DNA of 64,000 nucleotides from Candidatus Dojkabacteria bacterium (GTDB lineage Bacteria > Patescibacteriota > Dojkabacteria > SC72 > JAFGCJ01): positions 273,777-337,776 of the forward strand of contig JAFGCJ010000002.1 in the NCBI GenBank assembly GCA_016932785.1, given 5' to 3'. A model generated the notes under the pieces. That model was not told the DNA's origin and did no database searches. It worked only from the letters and a program-made list of their open reading frames with translations. The position numbers and the translations under genes were made by a program. This document shows, one piece after another, positions 48,672 through 58,776 of the stretch (its first letter is position 1; each line of letters opens with the position of its first letter).

Positions 48672-50643
48672 AGCAGCAGCAGAAATGACCCAAAGGGCCC
48701 ACCAAGATATTCACCAGTTCCAGTCCCGTTGGGACTGATGAATATCAAGGCTTCGTCCACCAGATCTTTCCCCACTTCGTTCATGGGACGTGAGAAAAAT
48801 TGGTGTCAGGTAAAGGTGCTGCGTCCTAGGGGTCTACCCCAAACGCAATTCCGCAGTAGGTTTCCGCTCCGTTGCTGTCGATAACGTAAGCCCGCACCGT
48901 GTGGTACGTGCCAGCACTCCAGTTTCCAACGAGCGCCGTCTGAGTGTTCACATTGAGATTCCGGTACATGTCCACGGTCCACCAGATTTCTTCTATCTCG
49001 GCTGTACTGGTAACATGGACTGTCGCGTAGATGTCCTGGTTCTTGGGAACATACCACCACGTCTCGAATCTGGTCGTTGGAGCCAGAGAGATATTACACT
49101 CGATCTGCTCCTGCATTTGCGACTGGTGCCCGTTCAATATCAAAGGGAGATACACCAGGCTTTGCTCTTCCCAGCAGGCTACACGAACATGCGCATAGGA
49201 ATTCCCGGTCTCTTCGTCGTCCGAGTATCCCTGGAGCCAACAACTGTTGCTAAGAGCCACCACATCGGGGTAATTAGCCCCGAAAAGCGCCTCGGGTACA
49301 ACAGTCTGGCTTTCTGTGATGACAACTCCATCGCGCTGGACGAGAGCCATCTGGAGACCCGACAGGTCTTCCAACGGGTTGCTCTGCGTCGTGATCGAGC
49401 GGTATGTGACGTTGATACCGACACTTGATTCCGTGACCGCCGGATACATTTCATGGCGATTGGTCACATCGGTCAGCGCCCAGTCCCGCAAGTGGACACC
49501 TGCAGAAGAGTACGTCGTACCAGAGATGTGCCACGTAGCTCCGGGAACCTCATCCTCGTGAGCCCAGGTCACATGGACACGCCCGTTCCCGTCAATCGCA
49601 ACGTCAGGAAACTGATCGAACCCCGCCAAGAGCAAGTCCTCTCTGTGAGCGACCGCTGCATTCGACGGATCCAGCCAAGCGACACTTACGTCTCGCCGGC
49701 ATTCTGCAACCCCACAGCTATCATTGTAGTACCTACTGCTGTGATAGGCCGCAACGATCAAAGTATCACCATCTACCTGTCGCGAAGCCATGCGAACAGC
49801 AGAAGCTGTCCCGGCAGCTCCGGCAGGAGATACCGATCGCTCAGACCCGACAGTCGCAATGCCGGCACTCACAGTCACGGGAACCGCGTCTAGTTCTTGG
49901 TTGTGGCGATACACTACGACCCAGGAGTTCCCACCAGCATACGCCAGGGCGATACCGCCAAGGTTGGTCGACACCGAAGGAGTAAACGTCACTGTAGGAG
50001 CTAGCACTGTGCCTCCCACATTGTAGTGGGTGCACCTCACCGCACCCGGACCCGAGGTCCCAGCGACATACTCCGACCAGCAAACTATTACCTGCTGGCC
50101 ATTCCAAGAGCTCGCGATCTTTACGCGCGCGCCGTTTCCTGTCACCGTATACACCCCTTGAACTGTTACCGTCTTGTTCAACACTATGAGATCGCTCATC
50201 GTGACGGTTCCATCTGAGGCATAATCAGCGGCTAGAACTCGGCTATCCGACAGATTAACAAGTTCGACATGTGCCCCTGATCCCAAGTCCAAGACAGGAC
50301 CGAGTACGATGCTTTCGTTTCCAGCAGCCAACACATCGTCGGCAGTGCTCTGGGAAGAGGGGGCAGCGACCACATTCTCGCCTGGAAGGGCCAGAATAAG
50401 CGCCACCAATCCAACAACAGCGGCCAAAACCGCAATACATACATTCAATTTCTTGTTCATTTCGTAGCTCCTTTTTTTTCGTGTCTGATTTTTGAACTTT
50501 ATTAACACCTTTTTACCTGATTTGCCCGTTTTAGCTAGCGGATATACTAAAGACAAAAATCTACCAAAATGATGAGGCCTTGAACCACCTCTTATCCCCA
50601 GTATATCCGCTGCTATAACAAGCAACTTTTTTCTGCTGCTGCT
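48672..50643. repeat. nested inverted repeats bracketing a gene (cassette D)
   Basis: agcagcagcagaaa 48672-48685 / tttctgctgctgct 50630-50643; tcaggtaaaggtg 48806-48818 / cacctttttacctga 50506-50520. Confidence 0.8.
48826..50460 (-). CDS. secreted beta-rich protein (visibly GC-rich) with VYLPLI motif
   Basis: AAGGAG SD before ATG 50460; signal peptide; PDVAIDGNGRVHVTW repeat-like motifs. Confidence 0.75.
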   Translation of the reverse strand: MNKKLNVCIAVLAAVVGLVALILALPGENVVAAPSSQSTADDVLAAGNESIVLGPVLDLGSGAHVELVNLSDSRVLAADYASDGTVTMSDLIVLNKTVTVQGVYTVTGNGARVKIASSWNGQQVIVCWSEYVAGTSGPGAVRCTHYNVGGTVLAPTVTFTPSVSTNLGGIALAYAGGNSWVVVYRHNQELDAVPVTVSAGIATVGSERSVSPAGAAGTASAVRMASRQVDGDTLIVAAYHSSRYYNDSCGVAECRRDVSVAWLDPSNAAVAHREDLLLAGFDQFPDVAIDGNGRVHVTWAHEDEVPGATWHISGTTYSSAGVHLRDWALTDVTNRHEMYPAVTESSVGINVTYRSITTQSNPLEDLSGLQMALVQRDGVVITESQTVVPEALFGANYPDVVALSNSCWLQGYSDDEETGNSYAHVRVACWEEQSLVYLPLILNGHQSQMQEQIECNISLAPTTRFETWWYVPKNQDIYATVHVTSTAEIEEIWWTVDMYRNLNVNTQTALVGNWSAGTYHTVRAYVIDSNGAETYCGIAFGVDP

Positions 50644-50916
50644 TTACTAAAACCGATAGCTATTTTCTCGTGGTCTACCATTAAATAAGGTAAGCACACA
50701 ACAAGCCATCGTAAATAGCATTATAACCTTTAATAAAGCAACTTTATCAAAGAACTAATTAATTGCTATATAAAATTATTATACCAGATACAGCCAATAA
50801 ATTAAATACACTATAGGTTGTCACGAGGCGCTATTTCTGATATACTTTCACCATATATTAACTATTTACTAGCCAAAATGAACGCGATTAGCCAAGGCCT
50901 AAAAAGTAAGCTCATT

Positions 50917-52344
50917 ATGGGATATAGAATTCTCATAATTCTAGCGATACCACTTCTATTCGGAGCATACCTTTGGTTCAGGAATACCTTACCCTTAGGT
51001 TATTCTAAACGATATGAAATTCAAATTGGAACAAACGATGACAACCAGTCAAAGGCCTGCTATTTCAGAAATCAAGTTGCAGATGGAAGAATGAGTGAGA
51101 CATTCACAATGAATAACGACTTTTACAGAAAACTTTACAGCGGACCAATATATGTTGTCTGCAATCCTTCCCTACAAACTGAAGATATTGACAGTATAGA
51201 GTTCACTGCAACATTCAAATCTGACCAAAGTATCCAGATTGGAATGACAGATTACGATAGTTATTACTATCAAAGCCTTTACCTTACAAATATCTTTGGA
51301 TGGAATCACGTAAGACTTCCAGATAATACTGATATTTATTCTCAAAACAAAATCGGCAGAAAAGACGAGATTACCTTAGAGGAGTGGCTCAAAAACAACG
51401 TTAAAGACAGCAATCCCAGGGTTGGCATAACAAAAGATATCAAAATTGCACCAGAAATCATTTATGACGAAACCGAAATCGAATCACTGGCAAAGCCCGG
51501 CAAAACCACCTCTATCAGCACTCCGATCAGAGGTGGCAACTACACTATCTATACAGTACTCCAAGATGAAATTGCCATCAATGTAACCAAAAGAGATTTC
51601 AATAGATCCAAAGGTTCAGACCAAATAGAACTCATTCTTTTCGATCACGAGGGAAATGAAATAGATAATCAGACAATCGCCGACGATGGAACCACAGGAA
51701 CCAGGGACACAAACTCTGAATCCACTCAGTCAGCTCAAATCAATAAAAAGAGCATTAAGACAGGCCTCTACACTCTTGAAGTCAATAGCGGCTCAGACCT
51801 ACAAATAGAGGATATAACAATCAATTCAGAAAAGGTCGTCTTCAAAGGCTTTATATATCCCCTTTCACAAGTAACAATTTTCACGAAAACCGACATATCA
51901 AGTAGAATCGAGTTTTATTCCCACAGAAATGACACTAGTCAGAAAGCTACGGTTAACGACGGAAGAGAGTTTATTGTTGGTCAGCAAGGTACAAAAGAAA
52001 TAAATCTTACAGAGGAATCCAACACTATTGCAATCGAAGAAGGAGGAATACAGATTCTTGGAACAACATACTTTTCGTTTACAGAAGATCAGTATTTCCT
52101 TCCATCACAATATTACCTGACCAAAAGCATCAGCGATGAAAACGACCTTAATATACTGAAAAACTACTCAAACCCTCAATCAAGAGCACATGATTTTGTT
52201 GAAGTAACTCAGATTATTTCAAAAGAGGATTTCATTTTCGCAGAAGACAATATTGTTATTTTTGCTATTAACTTCGAACCCGACGGGTCGCCAATAATTC
52301 TTGGCGATATTGCAGTAAAGTTTGAAAAATTCAGAGATAACTAA
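50917..52344 (+). CDS. membrane-anchored hypothetical protein
   Basis: N-terminal TM; TAATG overlap with the next gene. Confidence 0.7.
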   Translation: MGYRILIILAIPLLFGAYLWFRNTLPLGYSKRYEIQIGTNDDNQSKACYFRNQVADGRMSETFTMNNDFYRKLYSGPIYVVCNPSLQTEDIDSIEFTATFKSDQSIQIGMTDYDSYYYQSLYLTNIFGWNHVRLPDNTDIYSQNKIGRKDEITLEEWLKNNVKDSNPRVGITKDIKIAPEIIYDETEIESLAKPGKTTSISTPIRGGNYTIYTVLQDEIAINVTKRDFNRSKGSDQIELILFDHEGNEIDNQTIADDGTTGTRDTNSESTQSAQINKKSIKTGLYTLEVNSGSDLQIEDITINSEKVVFKGFIYPLSQVTIFTKTDISSRIEFYSHRNDTSQKATVNDGREFIVGQQGTKEINLTEESNTIAIEEGGIQILGTTYFSFTEDQYFLPSQYYLTKSISDENDLNILKNYSNPQSRAHDFVEVTQIISKEDFIFAEDNIVIFAINFEPDGSPIILGDIAVKFEKFRDN

Positions 52345-54215
52345 TGACAATAGAACTTCAACTCAAAAACCGAAAAAACTGGGTACTGTTCCTTTTGTAC
52401 ATAGGACTCATTCTTACAACGTTAATTGCAAGCATCTCAGAGCTAATAGGAATTAAGTACATTTCAACGTTTATTACTGCAAGACCACTGATAATAATCT
52501 CTATACTTGCTTCTCTTGTCGCTGTTTTCATCTTTAGGGATGACCTTAAGAGCATTATCAATCAGTGGTCAGAAACAACAGAAAGGAAAATTACCCCAAA
52601 TCAGATATTTACTTCAAACATATTAATGGGTTTCATCTTTATTGGTACCCTATTAAGGTCACTGAATCTCGATGCATTCGATCTTCACCCTGATGAGGCT
52701 ATTGTTTATTTTGTTGCAAGGAACATCAACAGAACAGGGTACGCAATACTAGATTCCGGACTTTTCTATGCCAGAGGAATACTCCAGGAATACCTGATTT
52801 CTTTTTTAATAAAGAACTCCGGTTCAAGTGAGACAATCCTGAGAGTTCCCAGTGTAATAGCAGGAATCATCGTTATCATCGCTGCTTACTTTCTTGGTAA
52901 AAAGCTAAAAAACAACATCTTAGGTATACTGACATCTTTATATATAGCCATATCAGGCTGGCAAATAATCTTTTCGAGATACGCCAGGATGTATATCTTC
53001 TTTCAACTATCTTTTGTAGCATACATTATTTTCTTCTACCAGGGACTTGTTGAAAAAAAGGTTTTTTACAACATTCTAACTGTTATAACAGGTATAGCGT
53101 GTATTTTCCTCTATGAAATGTCACCTGTAATATTTTTACCCTTCATATTCCTTTTGATCTATAACTATAGGAAATGCCTTAAAGACCCGAGATTCTGGAT
53201 TTCTAGCACAATCCTGATTTTTACCTTTATCATCTATAAGTACATGTCCAATATCGGAATGGTTCAGATGCGAGGCGCAGGAACACAGGATCTTCTTGAA
53301 AGATCCATAGGTGGGTATAGCGGCGGAAATCTATCAGCTTACCCGCTTTCACTGCTTCAGATGTTTCCTATGCTTACATTGTTTTTGATAGCAGGAGCCG
53401 CCATTTTCATTATCATTAAAAAGAGAAACCTATACTACAAATATCTAGGATGGACATTTTTAAGCAGTTTGACGCTAGTTACAATTACTGACCTGATTGG
53501 CGCAAAAAATCAGCCCAGATACATATTTTTTCTGTTCCCTATATTCGTGACTCTTGCGATATACGGTCTGTACTGCATTTCCTCTTTTATAGCATGGTTA
53601 ATATCAAAAACCTACGATGTAATAACAGATATAACCGAATATACAAAAGAGAGAAGCTATCCCCTGATTATAGCCGTGATTCAGCTATGCATATTTTTAA
53701 TGCTTTTCTTTTCAAACGACGTAGAAATTGGCTTAACACTATGGAATGAACAGAAAACAGGAACTGAGTCATTCGGAATGTACGATATTACAACAACAAT
53801 TAGACACCTCCCAGACTGGGAAAATGCAGCCGAATATGTATCAAAAAATTACTCGGAAAATGATGTAATTATTACTACGGCAGAGTTAAGTCTTCTACCT
53901 CAGTATTACCTCAAAGACAAGATTATCGATTACTGGCTAAGAACAGAAAACTGGGAAGAGTCAACCTTTACAACCCAAGATGGTAGAAAACTGGATATCT
54001 ATCAGGGAGTTGACATTCTAAATACCAAAAGTGCGCTAGAGAATGTCATTGCTCACAACGAACGAGTGTGGATACTAACCAACCACTCAATATTCATTGA
54101 GGGACACAACAAACCCGAAGTCATAAAATTTTTCCGTGAAAACGAAGACCATATTGAATTCGAATCTGGTCAGGAATCAAAGGTATACCTTTTCGATAGA
54201 AACGCTGAGGAGTAA
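52344..54215 (+). CDS. glycosyltransferase family 39/ArnT-like (GT-C)
   Basis: LHPDE, LRVPS, SRYARMY, PRY motifs; many TMs. Confidence 0.85.
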   Translation: MTIELQLKNRKNWVLFLLYIGLILTTLIASISELIGIKYISTFITARPLIIISILASLVAVFIFRDDLKSIINQWSETTERKITPNQIFTSNILMGFIFIGTLLRSLNLDAFDLHPDEAIVYFVARNINRTGYAILDSGLFYARGILQEYLISFLIKNSGSSETILRVPSVIAGIIVIIAAYFLGKKLKNNILGILTSLYIAISGWQIIFSRYARMYIFFQLSFVAYIIFFYQGLVEKKVFYNILTVITGIACIFLYEMSPVIFLPFIFLLIYNYRKCLKDPRFWISSTILIFTFIIYKYMSNIGMVQMRGAGTQDLLERSIGGYSGGNLSAYPLSLLQMFPMLTLFLIAGAAIFIIIKKRNLYYKYLGWTFLSSLTLVTITDLIGAKNQPRYIFFLFPIFVTLAIYGLYCISSFIAWLISKTYDVITDITEYTKERSYPLIIAVIQLCIFLMLFFSNDVEIGLTLWNEQKTGTESFGMYDITTTIRHLPDWENAAEYVSKNYSENDVIITTAELSLLPQYYLKDKIIDYWLRTENWEESTFTTQDGRKLDIYQGVDILNTKSALENVIAHNERVWILTNHSIFIEGHNKPEVIKFFRENEDHIEFESGQESKVYLFDRNAEE

Positions 54216-54230
54216 ATTTCTGTTGTCGGA

Positions 54231-54956
54231 TTAAGCTTCTCCATAAAAATATACCATAAAGGAGAATTTCTTTAGTATCGGGATCTTCTCCAGTATTGCA
54301 TCAATTCTATCATACAAGGGAAAAAGTGCCTTAGGAAAAGGCAAAGTGTAAAGAAAATTACCAACCTCAATAGTCCTAAAACCATACATTTCTCCCCACT
54401 TTTTCATATTCTTCTTGGTTATTTGCAGCATTCCCCGTTCCTCAGGTATTGTAAGAATTTCCCAAGTATTCTTCGGGAATAATCTATTCGGCTCCATAAA
54501 AACTGCCCTTCCACCAGGTTTAAGGATTCTTTTCACTTCTTTGACCGCCTCTACAGGATCAGGAATGTGATGCAAAGTTGTGGCATAAAACACGCAATCA
54601 AAACAGTTATCGGGAAACTTTGTCTTTTGCCCATTGTCCACAGTGAGAGTAACCCTGTTGTATTTTTTCAGCTTATCTTCGGAAATCTTTATCATTTCAT
54701 ATGAAATATCAATTCCGTGAAAATCAAGACTGGGAAACCTCCTCATCAGATGTTTAGCGTGAATAGCTGAGCCGATTCCAATCTCCAGTATTCTTTCTGT
54801 ACCTTCGAGTCGCAGTAGATCAATTATTTTATCTAATTTCTTGATATGATTCCTATTCTCACGACTGATTATCTTATCAACGAAATCATACTCCTGGGCC
54901 GTTTTGTTATGGTATTCCTTTTGTTTCTGAAGTTCATCGTTATTTTTTTCTACCAT
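54231..54956 (-). CDS. class I SAM-dependent methyltransferase
   Basis: ILEIGIG, GIDIS, FD, LHH, LKPGG. Confidence 0.9.
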   Translation of the reverse strand: MVEKNNDELQKQKEYHNKTAQEYDFVDKIISRENRNHIKKLDKIIDLLRLEGTERILEIGIGSAIHAKHLMRRFPSLDFHGIDISYEMIKISEDKLKKYNRVTLTVDNGQKTKFPDNCFDCVFYATTLHHIPDPVEAVKEVKRILKPGGRAVFMEPNRLFPKNTWEILTIPEERGMLQITKKNMKKWGEMYGFRTIEVGNFLYTLPFPKALFPLYDRIDAILEKIPILKKFSFMVYFYGEA

Positions 54957-56108
54957 TTACTCACACAAAAATTTAACATACTTCTCGGCCACAGATTTTA
55001 TAGTAAAATCTCTACTCATTTCTCTGCTCTTCTCGCCATATTTTATTCGCAAATTACGGTCATTAACAATCTTTTCAATTTTTTGAGCTAGGTCGTCACT
55101 ATCCGCAACCCTAGCAAAGATACCATTTACACCTTCCTTGACAATATCCTCTGCTCCTCCACATTTCGTGCTGACTATTGGCAATCCTGTATACATAGCC
55201 TCAACTAACACAATTCCAAACCCTTCGTGCAGAGAAGACATAACATAAATGTCACTTGCTTCTAAATACTGAAATTTCTCTTCGTCTGATAATCTTCCAA
55301 GAAAATGGACTCTTTCTCGGACACCCAGTTTTTCAGCAAGATTTTCCAGGATTTTTTTGTCTGGACCTTCGCTGACAATTAACGATTCTACGTTTTCCGG
55401 AAGTTTCGCCAAAGCCTCAATTAGATAGTTATATCCTTTTCTGCCTATTATTCTACCAACAGAAATCAGATAAAGCTTAGATTCATCGAGACCTAACTGT
55501 TCACGAGATTTCTTGTCATATTCACAAAACACGCTACCAAGGCTCAAAACGTCAATCTCCTTTTTTATCCCAAACCATTCGCGAGCCTTAGTCTTGACAT
55601 CATTACTTATTGCACTTAGTCTATTCGAAAGTAGTGTAACAAGGTGAACTGTCCACCTAAAGAAAAACCACCTGTGAGGAGACCAAACTTGATCAGGTTT
55701 GTATAAATCTCCACCAACAATTGTCAGATAATGTTTTCTTTTAAAGAGTTTCGCCAGTACCAATCCGAGAACTCCCGATGGAACAGCAAACCACGAGTAC
55801 ACAATATCGTACTTATTCTTTCTCATTAATTCGAGTCCCTTCAGAAAACCCAAAATTGGAAACGTCACCAGTGTCACAAGGGGAGCATTACTCCAGGATG
55901 ATCTTCCAACCGACCTGATTCTATATACCCTAATACCATTAATTTTTTCCTCCTTACTAAGATCGGACGAGCCTGCGGTCAAAACGTCTACCTCTATATT
56001 GGAACATTTCCTTTTAGCTTCCTCAAATATTTGCTTACAGGCAATACCTCCACCGCCACCGAGTGGTGGATATTCATAGTTTACAAGTAGAATATGGTAA
56101 TTCCTCAT
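54957..56108 (-). CDS. glycosyltransferase family 4
   Basis: YEYPPLGGGG, VGR..RKG, EGFGIVLVEAM. Confidence 0.92.
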   Translation of the reverse strand: MRNYHILLVNYEYPPLGGGGGIACKQIFEEAKRKCSNIEVDVLTAGSSDLSKEEKINGIRVYRIRSVGRSSWSNAPLVTLVTFPILGFLKGLELMRKNKYDIVYSWFAVPSGVLGLVLAKLFKRKHYLTIVGGDLYKPDQVWSPHRWFFFRWTVHLVTLLSNRLSAISNDVKTKAREWFGIKKEIDVLSLGSVFCEYDKKSREQLGLDESKLYLISVGRIIGRKGYNYLIEALAKLPENVESLIVSEGPDKKILENLAEKLGVRERVHFLGRLSDEEKFQYLEASDIYVMSSLHEGFGIVLVEAMYTGLPIVSTKCGGAEDIVKEGVNGIFARVADSDDLAQKIEKIVNDRNLRIKYGEKSREMSRDFTIKSVAEKYVKFLCE

Positions 56109-56147
56109 TAAAAAATAGTACCAAAGTAAATACCAACAATACAAGAA

Positions 56148-57095
56148 CTACTCTTTCTCATACACCCTCCTCACACTATAAATCTTCTTCCCATTCAACT
56201 CGTAATAACTCCTTATTAACAACTCCCCCATCAACCCAAGAACAATAAACTGCGACCCAGTAACAAAAAACATCACCGAAACAATAAGCATGGGGTTTCC
56301 CGTCATATCAAAATCCTGAAAAATCTTCATACCAATCAAGGCTAATCCAGCAACAAAACTCAGCACATAGGAGACCAACGCAACAGGACCCAATATCTGA
56401 ATCGGCGTAGTCTTGTGCATCAACAGAAACTTAAGGTTTGCAATGTCCAGTATAACCTTGAACGTTCTCATGAGACCGTACTTACTTTTTCCTTTTTTTC
56501 TAGGTCTGTGGTTGACTTCCATCTCAGCAATACGGGCGCCATATTCACCGGCTATCTCAGCTATAAACCTGTGAAGTTCACCATATAATTTCAGCTCATT
56601 AGCTAATTCTTTTGTCATAACCTTGAGTGCACAACCTCTATCGTGTATCTTTGTTCCAAACATTCTTTTGATTATTAAATTGGCTATTCTTGATGGAAAT
56701 TTTCTAACAAGGGCTTTGTCTTTTCTATTTTTCCTCCATCCGACAACCATATCAAGATCGTCTTTTTTCAGCTTTTCTATCATAGCTGGGATATCTCTGG
56801 GATCGTTCTGCATATCAGAATCCATCGTAACAATAAGATCGCCCTTTGAGTAATCGAAACCTGCCATTAGCGAGGCTGTCTGCCCGCTGTTCCTTCTAAA
56901 ATCAACAATCTTATGATTAGAGTATTTCTTAACAATATTTTGAAGAACAAAAAGTGTATCGTCCGTTGATCCATCATTGATCCAGATGACCTCGCAGTCT
57001 AGACCTGTAGTACCCATAGCTTGGTTAATCTCCTTGGCAAGAGGTTTCACATTTTTCTCTTCATTATATGCGGGTAGAACTATTGATATATCCAT
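56148..57095 (-). CDS. glycosyltransferase family 2 (polyprenol-phosphate GT, GtrB/ArnC-like)
   Basis: PAYNEE, DGSTD, RNSGQ, MDSDMQNDP; two C-terminal TMs. Confidence 0.92.
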   Translation of the reverse strand: MDISIVLPAYNEEKNVKPLAKEINQAMGTTGLDCEVIWINDGSTDDTLFVLQNIVKKYSNHKIVDFRRNSGQTASLMAGFDYSKGDLIVTMDSDMQNDPRDIPAMIEKLKKDDLDMVVGWRKNRKDKALVRKFPSRIANLIIKRMFGTKIHDRGCALKVMTKELANELKLYGELHRFIAEIAGEYGARIAEMEVNHRPRKKGKSKYGLMRTFKVILDIANLKFLLMHKTTPIQILGPVALVSYVLSFVAGLALIGMKIFQDFDMTGNPMLIVSVMFFVTGSQFIVLGLMGELLIRSYYELNGKKIYSVRRVYEKE

Positions 57096-57181
57096 TCCTG
57101 TATTATATCATGCTGGAATAGTATTTTTCAACCTATAGTATAAACAGAGGGCCGGGAAGCAAAACAAAATCTGTGACCAAA

Positions 57182-57562
57182 CTAGCAACAATAATACTTA
57201 TCTTTCACACCTTTCTTTCTATCACCAAAAGGATTTCCATACTTTCTAACATTTTTCATCATTTCATTATTAGATGGTGTATTATCGCCTTTCTTCGCAA
57301 GAATTCTTCTAGCCTTAAGGATAGCGTCATAGAGCTTAACACCGTTCGGGCAGGCTATTTCACAAGCTCTGCAGCCCGTACAGCAAAAAATCTGATCCTT
57401 GTCGATCTTTCCGTTCTTGAGCATAAATGCCCTTCCTCTAGCCGAATATCCTTCACGTCTCAAAGCTTTGAATACAGGACAAACACTCCTGCAAAATCCA
57501 CAATTTGAGCATTTTCTGAGTATCTCTTTAATTTCAAGCAATTCTTTTTCTTCTCTGCTCAT
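57182..57562 (-). CDS. 4Fe-4S dicluster protein (GlcF N-terminal-like)
   Basis: CSNCGFCRSVCP, CTGCRACEIACP, GNPFG. Confidence 0.85.
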   Translation of the reverse strand: MSREEKELLEIKEILRKCSNCGFCRSVCPVFKALRREGYSARGRAFMLKNGKIDKDQIFCCTGCRACEIACPNGVKLYDAILKARRILAKKGDNTPSNNEMMKNVRKYGNPFGDRKKGVKDKYYCC

Positions 57563-57594
57563 TTACCTTTGAAAGCCTTCAAAACTTAGAAAAT

Positions 57595-58776
57595 TTAACC
57601 AATTGACCGGAAAACACCGTCAGGATCGTATTTTTTCTTTATTTTTATAAATTCTGCCCTTACATCTTCTGGCATATATTCCGATTTTGCTGTTCCATAA
57701 CCATGCTCTCCTGTAACATTTCCGCCTATTTTAACAACAAAATCCAACATTTCCCGCAGCAGATCTTCCTGGTCCGTCCTAAAACGTGGATGAAAGATTC
57801 CATATCCGATATGGCCAAAGACAGGAATTTTGTGCTTTCTAAACCAATTCAACAAATTTTCCTTTTGATCTATTTTCGTAACGTAGGGATCGTCAAGCAG
57901 CATAAATCCAGCAGCAGTAAGAACACTTCCCAACCCTACTCTACTCTTCCAAACTTTTCCTTTTTCAATGGCTTTTACACTACCTCGAGAGTAGTCAGAA
58001 TACTCAATTATCAGCCTATAATTGGAAGGAGAAATTTTTGAATATTCGCAACATATCGGGCACATAAACTCAAGCATAGCAACATTTTTGTCGTCCTGTA
58101 GTTCACTTATCTTTGAAATGAGCTCTACAATCGAATCAAATTCCAGAATATCATAAGATATGTCTTTATTTATCTTAATAGTATCAAGTATAAGTCTTGT
58201 TACAATACCAAAAGTTCCTTCTTTTCCCGAAAGCCTCTTGATTTCATCATCGTCATCTATTACTCGAGTTTTGCCTGTACCATCGACAAATTCTATTTCT
58301 CTTACCCAATCCGACATTCTTCCATATCTCATTCCCCTCATACCAATAGCGTTAGTAGAATACATACCACCAATTGTTGCAGCCATCAACGACGCTGGTG
58401 TAACAGGAAAAAAACGGTCAGACAAAGCAAGACAGTCATTAAGTTCAGAAAGAATAACACCTGAACCTACTTCCACAGATGATCCTGTTAATTTTATGAA
58501 ATCAAAAGCAGATAGATCTAAAACAATACCGGTTGTAGGGACACTGGCACCAGTCATAGAAGTTCCACCACCTCGAACAGTTAGCAAAATCTCGACTTCG
58601 TTTGCTAATTTCACAACCTCAGACACTTGGCGAAGTTCGGTCGGAATTATAACTGCATCGCATTGACCAGACACAACACTAAAATCAGTAGAACAAATAT
58701 CTAGATCTGAAGGACCTTCAAAAACAATCTGCGGATATCTATCTTTTACTTTTTCGAGAAATGAAGAATCATTCAT
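57595..58776 (-). CDS. FAD-binding oxidoreductase (GlcD / D-lactate dehydrogenase-like)
   Basis: RGGGT, ATIGG, EGTFGIVT, GHIGYG..H, GEHGYG..K, KKKYDP. Confidence 0.9.
   Translation of the reverse strand: MNDSSFLEKVKDRYPQIVFEGPSDLDICSTDFSVVSGQCDAVIIPTELRQVSEVVKLANEVEILLTVRGGGTSMTGASVPTTGIVLDLSAFDFIKLTGSSVEVGSGVILSELNDCLALSDRFFPVTPASLMAATIGGMYSTNAIGMRGMRYGRMSDWVREIEFVDGTGKTRVIDDDDEIKRLSGKEGTFGIVTRLILDTIKINKDISYDILEFDSIVELISKISELQDDKNVAMLEFMCPICCEYSKISPSNYRLIIEYSDYSRGSVKAIEKGKVWKSRVGLGSVLTAAGFMLLDDPYVTKIDQKENLLNWFRKHKIPVFGHIGYGIFHPRFRTDQEDLLREMLDFVVKIGGNVTGEHGYGTAKSEYMPEDVRAEFIKIKKKYDPDGVFRSIG

Noticed and set aside
48901..50444. Many overlapping alternative ORFs inside the GC-rich gene
   Set aside because: These are expected shadow ORFs of a GC-rich coding region.
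6980..50643. Cassette arms as IS/MITE terminal repeats, integron attC sites or invertase sites
   Set aside because: The arms differ between loci. I saw no target-site duplications, no attC-type core sites and no integrase or invertase in the window. The arms lie downstream of the promoter-like sequences, so inside the predicted transcripts.
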